The notes beneath the pieces are model-generated. The model ran no database searches and had not been told where the DNA came from. It saw only the letters and a program-made list of their open reading frames with translations. The position numbers and the translations under genes were made by a program. Source: an uncultured delta proteobacterium (lineage in GTDB: Bacteria; Desulfobacterota; Binatia; Binatales; Binataceae). Taken from it: a stretch of DNA of 64,000 nt. Of the stretch, positions 17,652 to 28,127 are shown one piece after another; positions within the stretch are counted from its first letter, which is position 1, and every line of letters starts with the position of its first letter. The stretch lies in assembly GCA_963747845.1 (NCBI GenBank), contig CAVVGR010000008.1, forward strand, positions 65,091-129,090, given 5' to 3'.

Positions 17652-18989
17652 TCAGTCGGTGGCGTCGAGGGCGCGCAATGCGAGTCCGCGTGCGACCGAA
17701 GTAAACTCGTCGCCCATCCGAATTCGATCGGCGCCGAAACGCTCGATGAAGATGCGCCGTACTGCGGGCACGAAGGACGATCCTCCCGTCAGGAACACGC
17801 TGTCGATCGCGTCGGGCTTGAGTGCGACTGTCTTCATCAGCCGATCGACGCATCCCGCAATCTGCTCGAGATAGCGCGCGATCCAGTTTTCGAAATCCGG
17901 CCGCGCGACAATCTTCTCGATCAACACCGGCGGATCGGAAAACATGAAGTCCGCCGCCTCGAGCGCTGACAACTCCAGCTTGGTCTTCTCGACCGCGCGA
18001 AACAGGAAATAGCCGAGATCGTTTTCCACCAGATGAATCAGCGCGGCGATCTTTTCGGGCTCGAACGATTCGCGCTTCAGTTCCTCGAACCGGAGCATCG
18101 TCGCCCGCGCCTTCAGGAACGACAGATGATGCCAGCGCTCGAGATTGGTGTACGGCCAGGTCGGCGCCGGCAGCACCATCCCATAAGGCGAGCGGTACTT
18201 GGTGCCGCGCCCGAGCGCGGGCGCGACCAGATGGCGCATCACGCGGCCGTCGAAAGCGTCGCCCGCGATCCCGACGCCGTCGTTGCCGAGAATCTCGTAG
18301 CGCGCAGCGCCATGCTTGGCGGCGCTCCGCGGCTTGAGCTGCAGCACCGAGAAATCGCTGGTGCCGCCGCCGAAGTCGGCGATCAACACAGTCTCGTCGC
18401 GCGTGATTCGGAGCGCATAGTCATAGGCGGCCGCGACCGGCTCGTACTCGAACACGACGTCGGTCCATCCCGCGCGCCGAATCGCGATATCCAGCCGGCT
18501 GCGCGCAAGCGCTTCGTCGGGATTGCCGGCGGCGGCGAAATGAACCGGGCGTCCCACGACGATTCGCGGCGGCAACTCGCCGAACTGCGCAATAGCTGCA
18601 TCGCGGAGCGCGCTGATGATTGGTGCGATCAAGTCGCCGAGCGTGTAGGTCTCGCCCATGATGTCGGTGGACTCGAAAGTCTTGTCCGCGAGAAACGACT
18701 TGAGCGACTGCACCAGCCGGCCGTTGCCCGCGGCTGCGAGGTAGCGTCGAATCGCGTCGTTGCCGACGGCGACGGCCGAATCGGTGCCGCCGGTTTCCTC
18801 GACCGCTTCGAAAAACAGGATCGATCGAAACGTCTCGGACCGATCGCCGCCCTCGGCCGCTGGAAACTGCGCCAGGCGCGGCGAACCGTCGTCGCCGATG
18901 ATCGCGATCGCGCTGTTGGTGGTGCCGAAATCGAGGCCGACCGCCGCCACTTTGGCTGCGGAGCGAGCGCTGGAAACTTCCTGCGTCAT
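17652..18989 (-). CDS. Hsp70-family (YegD-like, actin-like ATPase) protein
   Basis: ORF trimmed to MTQEVSS at 18989. GLDFGTTNSAIA phosphate-1 motif, DFGGGTSDFSV phosphate-2 motif, no long substrate-binding lid. Confidence 0.8.
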   Translation of the reverse strand: MTQEVSSARSAAKVAAVGLDFGTTNSAIAIIGDDGSPRLAQFPAAEGGDRSETFRSILFFEAVEETGGTDSAVAVGNDAIRRYLAAAGNGRLVQSLKSFLADKTFESTDIMGETYTLGDLIAPIISALRDAAIAQFGELPPRIVVGRPVHFAAAGNPDEALARSRLDIAIRRAGWTDVVFEYEPVAAAYDYALRITRDETVLIADFGGGTSDFSVLQLKPRSAAKHGAARYEILGNDGVGIAGDAFDGRVMRHLVAPALGRGTKYRSPYGMVLPAPTWPYTNLERWHHLSFLKARATMLRFEELKRESFEPEKIAALIHLVENDLGYFLFRAVEKTKLELSALEAADFMFSDPPVLIEKIVARPDFENWIARYLEQIAGCVDRLMKTVALKPDAIDSVFLTGGSSFVPAVRRIFIERFGADRIRMGDEFTSVARGLALRALDATD

Positions 18990-19167
18990 GGGTTCAACGA
19001 TCAGGGCGCGCCGAAGTCTTGTCAACGTTGAGCATCGCGCATATACTCGCCAAACCCTCAGGATGACGATCGCGGTGCGAGCGCTCATCCGCCACAGCAC
19101 GGTTTTTCAGCGGACGAGATTTCCTCGTCCGTATTTTTTTCAATCGCGCATCGCGCAGGAGGGAAAA

Positions 19168-19977
19168 ATGCCGCCGGAAATTCGTGAGTCCGAAGTCGCC
19201 GCGAATTGGGATCGCAACGCCGCCGTATGGGCCGACCAGGTTCGCGACGGCTGGGACATCTTTCGCGTGCATTGGAACAATCCCGCGTTCCTCGAGTTCG
19301 TTGGCGACCTGAGCGGCAAGACCGTGCTCGATGCCGGCTGCGGCGAGGGCAACAATACGCGGATCTTCGCGCGGCGCGGTGCGCGCATGACGGGCGCCGA
19401 TTTGTCCGCCAAGATGATCGAGCTTGCGCGCGCAGAGGAAGCTCGCGAGCCGCTGGGAATCCGCTACGAACGCGCGTCCTACACCGACTTGTCGAACTTC
19501 GCCGCGGAGTCGTTCGACGCGGTGGTCTCGACGATGGCGCTGATGGACGGTCCTGATTTTCCCGCCGCGATGCGCGAAATTGCGCGCGTGCTGCGGCCGG
19601 GCGGAACGCTCGCGTACAGCATTCTGCATCCATGCTTCGCGACCAAGGGGATGGGCTGGGTCAACGACGACTCCGGACGCGCCGTGAAATTCACCGTCGC
19701 GGACTATTTCAACAGCGAACCGTTCGTCGAGTACTGGAAATTCGGTCACGCGCCCAACACTGCGGAGGTCGAGGCTTTCGGCGTGCCGCGCTTCGATCGC
19801 ACGCTGGCCGACTACATCAACCCGACCATCGCGGCCGGCCTGCGGCTCGAAAAGATTTGCGAGCCGCGCGCGCCCGAGTCAGCATGCGCGCTGTTTCCCG
19901 AGGCGTTCACCAAGTTTCGCGATCACATCCCATGGTTCTTCTACGTTCGCGCATCGAAGCCGCGAGACCGTGAATGA
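19168..19977 (+). CDS. class I SAM-dependent methyltransferase
   Basis: ATG 19168 after GGAGGGAAAA. Motif I is VLDAGCGEGNN. Stop overlaps the next start (ATGA at 19974). Confidence 0.8.
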   Translation: MPPEIRESEVAANWDRNAAVWADQVRDGWDIFRVHWNNPAFLEFVGDLSGKTVLDAGCGEGNNTRIFARRGARMTGADLSAKMIELARAEEAREPLGIRYERASYTDLSNFAAESFDAVVSTMALMDGPDFPAAMREIARVLRPGGTLAYSILHPCFATKGMGWVNDDSGRAVKFTVADYFNSEPFVEYWKFGHAPNTAEVEAFGVPRFDRTLADYINPTIAAGLRLEKICEPRAPESACALFPEAFTKFRDHIPWFFYVRASKPRDRE

Positions 19978-20393
19978 TTCGCGCGCCACTCGCAGCAGCG
20001 ATTTGCGTGATGCTCGCGGGATGCGGCGTCGAGGGCGGCGACGCATATCAGCCGCGCCCGATTCCCGCGGAGAAGAGCCTGGTCTACATTTATCGGCCGT
20101 CCGAGTTGCTCAGCTCGCAATCGACGCCGTTGGTGACATGCGGGCATGAGAGCATCGAGCTCGAGTCGGGCGGCTTCGACGAGTTCATCGAGGAACCCGG
20201 CTCGGTGACCTGCTCGGTCGCCGGCGACGCGGCGCCGCGGTTGAGGTTTGACGCGCGCCCGGGCGAACAATACTTCATCAAGCAGGAAGTCGAGATCAGC
20301 GGCCTGACCACGCAGGTGCGGTTCATCCTGATGGATCCCGACGTGGGCCGCGACGAAATCAGGGAATGCAGCCGCGAGGGAATCAAGCAGTGA
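19974..20393 (+). CDS. lipoprotein (DUF2846-like)
   Basis: MIRAPLAAAICVMLAGCG lipobox. 139 aa. Confidence 0.6.
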   Translation: MIRAPLAAAICVMLAGCGVEGGDAYQPRPIPAEKSLVYIYRPSELLSSQSTPLVTCGHESIELESGGFDEFIEEPGSVTCSVAGDAAPRLRFDARPGEQYFIKQEVEISGLTTQVRFILMDPDVGRDEIRECSREGIKQ

Positions 20394-21313
20394 ACCAATC
20401 GCCGCGAATCGTAACGTTGCTGCCGAGCGCGACCGAAATAGTTTGCGCGCTCGGTTTCGAAAATCAGGTGGTCGGGCGATCGCACGAATGCGATTTCCCG
20501 CCCGAGGTCGTGCGCATCCCGGCGTTGACGGAGGCGAAGTTCAATCCCGAAGGCACCAGCGCGGAGATCGATCAGCGCGTGAAGAAGATTGTTGGCGACG
20601 CGCTGTCGGTCTATCGCGTCGATGCGGCCAAATTGCGCGAGCTGCGGCCCGACGTGATCGTCACGCAATCGCAATGCGAAGTCTGCGCGGTCAGCGAGCG
20701 CGACGTCGAAGCCGCGGTGGCCGAGTGGCTCGGCGCGCGGCCGAAGATCGTTTCGCTGGCGCCGTACGGCCTCGACGACATCTTCACGGACATGCAGCGG
20801 GTGGCCGATGCGCTCGACGCGCACTCGCGCGGGACCGAGCTGGTCGAGCGGCTGCGCGCGCGACTCAAGACAATTGCGGACAAGTCGCGCGAAGCGGCGC
20901 AACGCCCAGGCGTCGCCACGATTGAATGGATCGATCCGCTGATGGCGGCGGGAAACTGGATGCCGACGCTGGTCGAGATGGCGGGCGGGGTGAATCTTTT
21001 CGGCAAAGCCGGCGAGCATTCGCCGTGGATGAAATTCGACGAGCTGGCCGCGAAGGATCCCGACCTGATTCTGATTTTGCCGTGCGGTTTCGATATGGAT
21101 CGCGCGGCGCAAGACCTGCCCGCGCTGACGAAGCATGCGGAGTGGAACGGCCTGAAGGCGGTGCGCGCGCGGCGCGTGTTCATGGCCGACGGCAACCAGT
21201 ATTTCAACCGGCCCGGCCCGCGAATCGCGGAGTCGCTGGAAATTCTGGCCGAGATCGCGCACCCCGAGCTGTTCCACTTCGGGCACGAAGGCACGGGCTG
21301 GCGCCGATTGTAG
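20390..21313 (+). CDS. periplasmic-binding-protein fold (BtuF/FecB-like, PF01497-type) protein without a signal peptide
   Basis: GTG 20390 overlaps the previous stop (GTGA). RIVTLLPSATEIVCALG...VGRSHECDFP...DVIVTQ... Confidence 0.7.
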   Translation: MNQSPRIVTLLPSATEIVCALGFENQVVGRSHECDFPPEVVRIPALTEAKFNPEGTSAEIDQRVKKIVGDALSVYRVDAAKLRELRPDVIVTQSQCEVCAVSERDVEAAVAEWLGARPKIVSLAPYGLDDIFTDMQRVADALDAHSRGTELVERLRARLKTIADKSREAAQRPGVATIEWIDPLMAAGNWMPTLVEMAGGVNLFGKAGEHSPWMKFDELAAKDPDLILILPCGFDMDRAAQDLPALTKHAEWNGLKAVRARRVFMADGNQYFNRPGPRIAESLEILAEIAHPELFHFGHEGTGWRRL

Positions 21314-21319
21314 CGGCGG

Positions 21320-22234
21320 CTATTTCTTCGCGAGATATGCCATCCCGACGCGGGCCGGCGTGAGATTTATTCCGAACTCATCGACGAGCGGCTTGATGTC
21401 ACAGGCGTTGTCGGCCGTGACGAATGTGACGGCGTCGCGCGACAGCGGCGGCTTGGGCAGCTTTTCGAGCAGACCGCCGATGCCGCGCATGATGCCTTCC
21501 GGAATGTGAAACAGCGGGCGGTGATGGCCGCTCGCATCCATGATGATCTGCATCATTTCATCGAACGTCATCAGATCGGGACCGCCGACTGTGTAAGTGC
21601 CGTTGCGCCCACGCCCCGACACCGCGAGCATCACGCATGCGGCGAGATCGTCGACGAGCACCGGCTGAACTTTCTGCCGCCCGGTGCCGGGCACGCCGAA
21701 GACCGGCGCGTAACGCAGCGCGCGCGCGAGTCCGTTGACGACTTTGTCCTCCGGCCCGTACACCAGCGACGGTCGGAATATCGTGTACGCGAGACCCGAC
21801 TCGCGAATCGCGCGCTCGGCGCGGCCCTTGGTGCGAAAGGCGGGATGCGTGCTGTTTTCGTCGGCGGCGGCGCCGCTGATGTAGATGAACTGCGTGACGC
21901 CGGCCTGCTTCGCCGCGTCGATCAGCGCGACCACGCCGCCGTAATCGATCCGATCGAAGGTGAGACCCAGGCGCGGATTTTCGACCGGATAGCCGTCGAA
22001 CTGGATCGCATCGACAATCGTATCGGCGCCCAGCAGCGCGTCCTTCAGCGATGCGGGCTGCGAGATATCCGCGCGAACGAATTCGACGCCGGGCAGATCG
22101 GACGCGGCGCGCGCCTTCTCGGGATTTCGCGTGAGCACGCGCACCTTGATTCCGCCGGCCGCGAGCAGGCGCCGGGCGATGGCGCGACCGATGAATCCCG
22201 AGCCGCCCGCAAGCGCGACAGTTTTTGTGTCCAT
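21320..22234 (-). CDS. NAD(P)-binding atypical SDR (NmrA / complex I NDUFA9-like)
   Basis: VALAGGSGFIGRAIARRLL Rossmann motif. 304 aa. Confidence 0.75.
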   Translation of the reverse strand: MDTKTVALAGGSGFIGRAIARRLLAAGGIKVRVLTRNPEKARAASDLPGVEFVRADISQPASLKDALLGADTIVDAIQFDGYPVENPRLGLTFDRIDYGGVVALIDAAKQAGVTQFIYISGAAADENSTHPAFRTKGRAERAIRESGLAYTIFRPSLVYGPEDKVVNGLARALRYAPVFGVPGTGRQKVQPVLVDDLAACVMLAVSGRGRNGTYTVGGPDLMTFDEMMQIIMDASGHHRPLFHIPEGIMRGIGGLLEKLPKPPLSRDAVTFVTADNACDIKPLVDEFGINLTPARVGMAYLAKK

Positions 22235-22267
22235 CGTCTCGATTCTGGGCCTGATCGGGCAGCGAGG

Positions 22268-23650
22268 CTATTGGCTTCGCCAGCGCGGCGAGAATCGATC
22301 GCGCGCGATGAATTCGCCGCGTCCGTGGGACGTATCGACTTTGCGATCGGTGACGATCGGCACGCCGCGCGCGATCGTCATCTTCGGCCAGCCGGTCACT
22401 TCGAAGCCATCAAACGGGTCGTAGTCGGCGCGCGAGTGCATTTCATGGCTGTCGATCACGACCTTGCGATTTGGATCGAAGATCACCAGGTCGGCGTCGG
22501 CGCCTTCAACGATCGCGCCTTTGCGCGGATACATACCGAAAATCTTCGCCGCGTTGGTCGCCGTCAGATCGACCCAGCGCGAAATCGATAGGCGGCCTTT
22601 CGCGACGCCTTCGGAATAGAGCATCGGCACGAGAGTCTCGAGATTCGACATGCCGGGCGGCATCCGCGTGAAGCGATCGGCGGAAATTTTGCGCTCGAGC
22701 GTCCAACTGCAATGGTCGGTCGCGACGACATCGACGGTGCCGTCCGCGAGCGCTGCCCAAATCGCGTCGCGATGTTCGGCGCTGCGCAGCGGAGGATAGC
22801 CGACGTATTTGGCGCCGTTGGGTTCGAGGAACCGCTCCTCGGTCAGATACAGATAGATGGGCCGGGTCTCGGCGAGCACCACGCGGCCGCTGGCGCGCGC
22901 GCGGCGAATCTCGTCGATAGCTTCGCGGCTCGACAGATGCACGAAGTAAGCAGGCGCGGCGGCCAGTTCCGTCATCGCGAGCGCGCGGCGGACCGCGGCG
23001 GCCTCGGATAGCGGCGGACGGCTGGCGGCGAAATGCGTCACGTCGCGCTTGCCCGCGGCGAGCAGACGCTCGGTGCAAAATCCGATCAGGTGCTCGTCCT
23101 CGGCGTGAATCGCGAGCAGCGCGCCGCTCTCGCCCGCCACCTCGAATGCGCGCAAGTAGTCGCGCGCGCGAGCCTCGAAACCCTGCATCATGAAAATCTT
23201 GATGCTGGTGACGCCGCGCTCGACGACGCGCGGAATCTCGGCGATCGCTTCCGGCGATGGATCGAGCAGCGCGACGTGAAAGCTGTAATCGATGATCGCA
23301 CGATCGCGCGCCTTCGCGTGCCACTTTTCGATCGCGTCAGCGAGCGTTCCACCTTGCGCCTGGAATGCGTAGTCGACGATGGTCGTAACGCCGCCGGCGG
23401 CTGCGGCAGCGGTGCCCGATTCGAAATCGTCGATGGTGTGAGACGAGAACATCTCGGCGTCGAGATGCGTATGCGGGTCGACAGCGCCGGGAATCAGCAG
23501 CATTCCGCAGGCATCGATGGTGCGATGCGCCTCTTCGAGCGCGCCCGGCGGCGCGACCTTCGCAATTTTTCCGGCAACCACGCCAACATCGGCGCGAGCG
23601 ACACCCGCGGGCGTTACTGCGGTTGCGCCGACGATCGCGAGATCGAGCAT
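22268..23650 (-). CDS. dihydropyrimidinase / D-hydantoinase (cyclic amidohydrolase)
   Basis: PGAVDPHTHLD metal site, SIKIFM carboxylated-Lys region, LAIHAEDE, VATDHC. 460 aa. Confidence 0.85.
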   Translation of the reverse strand: MLDLAIVGATAVTPAGVARADVGVVAGKIAKVAPPGALEEAHRTIDACGMLLIPGAVDPHTHLDAEMFSSHTIDDFESGTAAAAAGGVTTIVDYAFQAQGGTLADAIEKWHAKARDRAIIDYSFHVALLDPSPEAIAEIPRVVERGVTSIKIFMMQGFEARARDYLRAFEVAGESGALLAIHAEDEHLIGFCTERLLAAGKRDVTHFAASRPPLSEAAAVRRALAMTELAAAPAYFVHLSSREAIDEIRRARASGRVVLAETRPIYLYLTEERFLEPNGAKYVGYPPLRSAEHRDAIWAALADGTVDVVATDHCSWTLERKISADRFTRMPPGMSNLETLVPMLYSEGVAKGRLSISRWVDLTATNAAKIFGMYPRKGAIVEGADADLVIFDPNRKVVIDSHEMHSRADYDPFDGFEVTGWPKMTIARGVPIVTDRKVDTSHGRGEFIARDRFSPRWRSQ

Positions 23651-23665
23651 CGCGGCGACTCGAAG

Positions 23666-24661
23666 CTAGACGTGCTTTCGATGCGGTCGATGAGTGACGG
23701 GACGCGGAGTACGGCGACGACGGACGCGCTTCAACGGATGCAGGTTCGCGGTCGACGCCGGCTTGTCGGCGGGAGCTGCGTCGACCAGCGGCGTCAGCGA
23801 GAAGCGCGAGACTTCCGGCGGGCAGTTGATGCGAATCCTGAGCCAGAAGGTGCCGAGGCCGCGATTGGTGTAGATGTAAAAATCTTCGTAACGATTCAGG
23901 CCCGAGTAGAATTCCTTGCCGATGCGCAGGATCGACTTGAGCGGCGAGCCGTAAAACGGAATTCGCACGACGCCGCCGTGCGTGTGGCCGGAGAGCATCA
24001 CGCCCGGCTTGAGATGGCGCGTGTAGAGCGCGGTGTCAGGATTGTGCGCGAGGACGATCGTGCAGTCGTCGCTGTTGACGTCGCCGAACGCGCGCGCAGG
24101 TTCCGCGCGCCGCGACCACAGATCGTCGATGCCGACGACTACGATCTTCTCGTTGCGCAGCGAGAGCCGGCGGCTGTCGTTGGCGAGCACGTCGGCGCCG
24201 GCACGCTTGAGCGCGTCGGTGATCCGATCGGCCGACGACCAGTGATCGTGATTGCCGAGGATCGCGAACAGCCCGGACTTCGGGCGCAGACTTTTCAGCG
24301 CGTCGCGAAAGGCGCCGAGATACCGATGCATCGTGTCGGGGCCGGAAAAATAATCACCGGTAAGAAAGATGAGGTCGGGGTGCTGCTGATTGATCGCTTC
24401 GACCGCGGACGCCAGCCGTTCGAGATCCTCGTCGCGATCGACGTGGAAGTCGCTTATCTGACAGGCGACGAGCCCGCGCAAAGCGGCGGGCAATCCGCGC
24501 ACCGGCAGGTCAATCTCGGAAACCTGGATCTCGTCGATCGTGCGCCGCCACATCCGATGCAGCGGGCGCAGCGCGAGCGGCGGTTTATTCTTCGCGCGCG
24601 CGGCGCCATGAGCGGACGGCTCGGGCGCAGGCAGGTCATCGATTAGTTCTGCGGTCGACAT
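23666..24661 (-). CDS. metallophosphoesterase (YkuE/YaeI-like)
   Basis: SDFHVD, GDYF, GNHDHW, GHTHGG motifs. Unusual Arg/Pro-rich C-terminal tail. Confidence 0.8.
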   Translation of the reverse strand: MSTAELIDDLPAPEPSAHGAARAKNKPPLALRPLHRMWRRTIDEIQVSEIDLPVRGLPAALRGLVACQISDFHVDRDEDLERLASAVEAINQQHPDLIFLTGDYFSGPDTMHRYLGAFRDALKSLRPKSGLFAILGNHDHWSSADRITDALKRAGADVLANDSRRLSLRNEKIVVVGIDDLWSRRAEPARAFGDVNSDDCTIVLAHNPDTALYTRHLKPGVMLSGHTHGGVVRIPFYGSPLKSILRIGKEFYSGLNRYEDFYIYTNRGLGTFWLRIRINCPPEVSRFSLTPLVDAAPADKPASTANLHPLKRVRRRRTPRPVTHRPHRKHV

Positions 24662-24674
24662 CGGATCAGTGATA

Positions 24675-25379
24675 CTAGAATACTTCGACCAGTCGGCGAA
24701 AGGAGGCTAATTCGATGATTCGGTCGCCGGCGTCACTGATTTCTTCGTGCTCGAGCTCCCACGTGTGCGGATGCGGAATGAAAACGGCGCGCAGGCCGGC
24801 GGCGACGGCGGGATTGATGTCCGAGCGCGGACTGTTGCCGATCATAAATGTCAGCGCAGGATCGAGGACGGCGTCGCGCACGAGGCGGCGATAGGCGTCG
24901 ACGTCCTTTTCGCGCGGCGTCTCGACCCGATCGAACAGCGGACCGAGTCCCGAGCGCGCGAGCTTCTGCAACTGTTCGTCGCGCTGACCCTTGGTGAACA
25001 TCAGCAGCCGGTGACGCTGCGACAATTCCTGCAGCGTGGGCTCGACGTCGGGCAGCAGCGCGCACTCGCGCTCGAGCAGATGCGAACCGATGCGCTCGAT
25101 CTCGTCGCGCAAGCCGTCGTTGCCCGCGGGCGCGAGTTCAGCAGCCGCCTGATGCAGCGCTATCACGTAAGGACGGCGGCCGTAGCCGTGCGTTTTGATC
25201 AGCCGGATTTCGGCGCGCCGCACGGCGGCTTGAATCTCGATGCGCGACAGTCCGAGGCCCGCGTCGCCGACAGCGGCAGCGAACGAATCGAACGCCTCGA
25301 GAAAATGGATATTGGAATCCCAGAGCGTGTCGTCGGCGTCGAAGACGAGATTCAAAGACTCAGTCGCGGAAGAGGACAT
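24675..25379 (-). CDS. HAD-superfamily hydrolase
   Basis: Motif I is VFDADDTLW. 234 aa. Confidence 0.75.
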   Translation of the reverse strand: MSSSATESLNLVFDADDTLWDSNIHFLEAFDSFAAAVGDAGLGLSRIEIQAAVRRAEIRLIKTHGYGRRPYVIALHQAAAELAPAGNDGLRDEIERIGSHLLERECALLPDVEPTLQELSQRHRLLMFTKGQRDEQLQKLARSGLGPLFDRVETPREKDVDAYRRLVRDAVLDPALTFMIGNSPRSDINPAVAAGLRAVFIPHPHTWELEHEEISDAGDRIIELASFRRLVEVF

Positions 25380-25420
25380 CTACCTACAGAGTACCGGCGC
25401 GCGACGAAGCGGGCAATTGG

Positions 25421-26236
25421 CTAGTCGCGCGCGTTGGGAATCGCAGCGGGCAGCACGATCAGCGCACCGGTCGAAGGATTGTGCCCTACGTAAACCTCGG
25501 TCTCGTAAACGCGGCGCAGATTTTCCGCGGTCAGAACTTCGGCGGGAGTGCCGTACGCAACCGCGGCGCCGCCGGCCAGCAGCAGCACGCGATCGGCATA
25601 CAGCGCGGCGGCGTTGAGATCGTGCAGCGTCGCGACCACCGCCATGCCGCGCTCGGCGCACAGCTCGCGAAAGCGCGCGAAGATTTCGGCGACGTGCTTG
25701 AGGTCGAGAAATGCGGTCGGCTCGTCGAGCAGCGCAATCTTCGGCTCCTGCGCGAGCGCTCGCGCCAGGAACGCGCGCTTGCGCTCGCCGCCCGACAGCT
25801 CCTGAACGTGGCGCGCGGCAAGATGGCGCAGGTCGAAGCGCTCGAGCGCGGCCGACGCGATCTCCAAATCGTGCGGGCTCTCGAAGCGGAAGGCGCCGAG
25901 ATGCGGCGCACGTCCCATCAGCACGATCTCCAGCACGGTGAAGCGAAACGCGACCGCGTTTTCCTGGCCGACCGACGCGACGGTGCGCGCGAATTCGCGT
26001 CGATCGATCGAATCGAGCGGACGGCCGAAAAGCTCGACGTTGCCTGCACTCGGCTTGATCGAGCCGCCGAGAACCTTGAGCAGCGTCGATTTGCCCGCGC
26101 CGTTCGGCCCGACGATCGCGAGCATTTCGCCGGCCGCCACTTCGATCGACACGCCGTGGAGGACGGGCACGCCGGGATATCCCGCATGAATCGCCTGCGC
26201 GCGCATAGCAATGATGTCGCGCGACGTCGTCGTCAT
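25421..26236 (-). CDS. ABC transporter ATP-binding protein (FecE/BtuD-type)
   Basis: ORF trimmed to MTTTSRD at 26236. Walker A GPNGAGKSTL, signature LSGGERKR, Walker B ALLDEP. Confidence 0.88.
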   Translation of the reverse strand: MTTTSRDIIAMRAQAIHAGYPGVPVLHGVSIEVAAGEMLAIVGPNGAGKSTLLKVLGGSIKPSAGNVELFGRPLDSIDRREFARTVASVGQENAVAFRFTVLEIVLMGRAPHLGAFRFESPHDLEIASAALERFDLRHLAARHVQELSGGERKRAFLARALAQEPKIALLDEPTAFLDLKHVAEIFARFRELCAERGMAVVATLHDLNAAALYADRVLLLAGGAAVAYGTPAEVLTAENLRRVYETEVYVGHNPSTGALIVLPAAIPNARD

Positions 26237-27264
26237 AGCGAGAGCGGCCTGCGGCCTTCGCGGCGCAGCATATAGATGAAGAAGGGTCCGCCGCACAGCG
26301 CGGTGATCGCGCCGACGGGAATTTCTGCCGGCGCGATCGCGACGCGAGCGACCAGGTCCGCCGCCACCATGAATGCGGCGCCGCCGATCAGCGACGCGGG
26401 CAGCAGCAGCCGATGATCGGCGCCGAACACCAGCCGCAAAGTATGCGGCACGATTAGTCCGACGAACGAAATAATTCCGCTGACGGAAACGGCGGCGCCG
26501 ATCATGACCGAGGTCGCGACGAAGATCGTGCGCCGCAGGCGGTCCACGTCGACGCCAAGCTCGGCCGCGGACTCGTCGCCGAGACTGAGCAGGTTGAGAT
26601 CGCGCGCGCGATACATCAGCACGGCGAAGCCGGCGAGTCCGAGGCCGGCGACCATCGCCGCTTCACCATACGTCGGCGCCTCGAGGCTGCCCATCAGCCA
26701 GAACAGAATGCTGTGCGCGAAGTAGAAGTTGACGACGCTGTTCACCAGCATGATCGCGGCGCCCCAGAACGCGTTGAAAATGACGCCGACCAGCAGCAGC
26801 GTGAACGGCTCGAGCTGGCCGTCTACCATCGCCAGCCGATAAACCGCGACGGTCGAGAGCAGCGCGGCGCCGAATGCGCATAGCGGAACCGTCGCCTCGC
26901 CGCCGCCGATTTTCGCGGACATCACGAGCGCGAGTATCGCGCCGAGCGCGCCGGCGCCGGAGATACCGAGGATGCCGCCCTCGGCGAGCGGATTCCTCAC
27001 GAGCGCTTGCAGAGCCGTTCCGACTGCCGCGAGCATCGCGCCAACGATCACACCCATCAGTACGCGCGGCAATCGTGCGGCAAAGAAAATCGCGTGATCG
27101 GGACTGTCGGGATCCGAGAAAGCGCGCGCGAGGCTGATATGCGCCGTGCCAAACAACACGCCCGCGAGCGCGCATACGATCAGCAGAATCGAGAGCGCGC
27201 CGAGTACCGAAAGCAGGCGGGCGCGCGTCAGGTGCGCGGCGGGCTGACTTGCGGCCACGTTCAC
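26233..27264 (-). CDS. FecCD-family ABC permease (BtuC-like)
   Basis: Multi-TM, 353-aa ORF. GTG at 27264 overlaps the upstream stop (GTGA). Confidence 0.85.
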   Translation of the reverse strand: MNVAASQPAAHLTRARLLSVLGALSILLIVCALAGVLFGTAHISLARAFSDPDSPDHAIFFAARLPRVLMGVIVGAMLAAVGTALQALVRNPLAEGGILGISGAGALGAILALVMSAKIGGGEATVPLCAFGAALLSTVAVYRLAMVDGQLEPFTLLLVGVIFNAFWGAAIMLVNSVVNFYFAHSILFWLMGSLEAPTYGEAAMVAGLGLAGFAVLMYRARDLNLLSLGDESAAELGVDVDRLRRTIFVATSVMIGAAVSVSGIISFVGLIVPHTLRLVFGADHRLLLPASLIGGAAFMVAADLVARVAIAPAEIPVGAITALCGGPFFIYMLRREGRRPLSL

Positions 27265-28127
27265 TGCGACGCACCGGCGGCGGCGCTTTGCCACGCCTCG
27301 GGATGAATCTTGCGCGCGATTATCTCGAGCGACTGGCCGACGCGCGGGCCGGCGTGGAGCATCGGATCCTCCGCGTAGCCGACGACGCGATGGTCGCGCA
27401 CGGCGGGAATCGTCGGATACTTTTGCCAGAAATCACTCGACGCCGGATCGGAACCCATCGCGCCGTCGAGAATTACCTCGGGCCGCATCGCGATGACGAA
27501 CTCGATGCTGAGATGCGGCCACTGCTCGCCGGCGGCGGCAGCGATATTGTCGGCGCGCGCGATGCGCATGAGCTCGTCGAGATAAGTGCCGGGGCCAACC
27601 GCGACGATCGGCTGATGACCGACGAGCATCAACGCGCGCTCCGGCTTGACGTTCGCGAGACGCTGCTGAACGGCGGCGATCTGCGCCTGGATCTGCGCGA
27701 CGAGCTGGCGTGCCTCGTCCTTGCGATTTATTCGCGCGCCCACTTTTTCGATGCTGGTTTCGATTTCGTTCAACGAGTCGTCGCTGACCAGCAGGACCGG
27801 ATAGCCCATCGAGTTCAACGCGCGAATCTGGCGCACGTCCGATGACAGTTCAAGCCCGACCACCAGCGTCGGACGCAGCGCGATGATCGCTTCGAGATTC
27901 GGCGTCAGAAAAGAACCGACCCGCGGCAAGTCGCGCACCTGCGGCGGATAGTCGCAATACTGCGAGACGCCGACCACGTCGGGACCGGCGCCAAGCGCGA
28001 ACAGGGTCTCGGTCACGCTCGGCGCGAGCGACACGATTCGCATCGGCGCAGCCGCGCGGGCAGACGAGGCGAGTGCGAGCGCGCACACGCAGAGCGCGGC
28101 GGCAGCCGCGAGTCGATACAAACCCAC
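27261..28127 (-). CDS. periplasmic substrate-binding protein (BtuF-like, cobalamin/siderophore class)
   Basis: Signal peptide MGLYRLAAAAALCVCALALASSARA. RIVSLAPSVTETLFALG...VGVSQYCDYP. Confidence 0.82.
   Translation of the reverse strand: MGLYRLAAAAALCVCALALASSARAAAPMRIVSLAPSVTETLFALGAGPDVVGVSQYCDYPPQVRDLPRVGSFLTPNLEAIIALRPTLVVGLELSSDVRQIRALNSMGYPVLLVSDDSLNEIETSIEKVGARINRKDEARQLVAQIQAQIAAVQQRLANVKPERALMLVGHQPIVAVGPGTYLDELMRIARADNIAAAAGEQWPHLSIEFVIAMRPEVILDGAMGSDPASSDFWQKYPTIPAVRDHRVVGYAEDPMLHAGPRVGQSLEIIARKIHPEAWQSAAAGASQ

Noticed and set aside
23033-24646. 537-aa + strand ORF antisense to the hydantoinase and metallophosphoesterase
   Set aside because: Low-complexity Arg/Asp/Ala composition. 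It spans two well-supported minus-strand genes.
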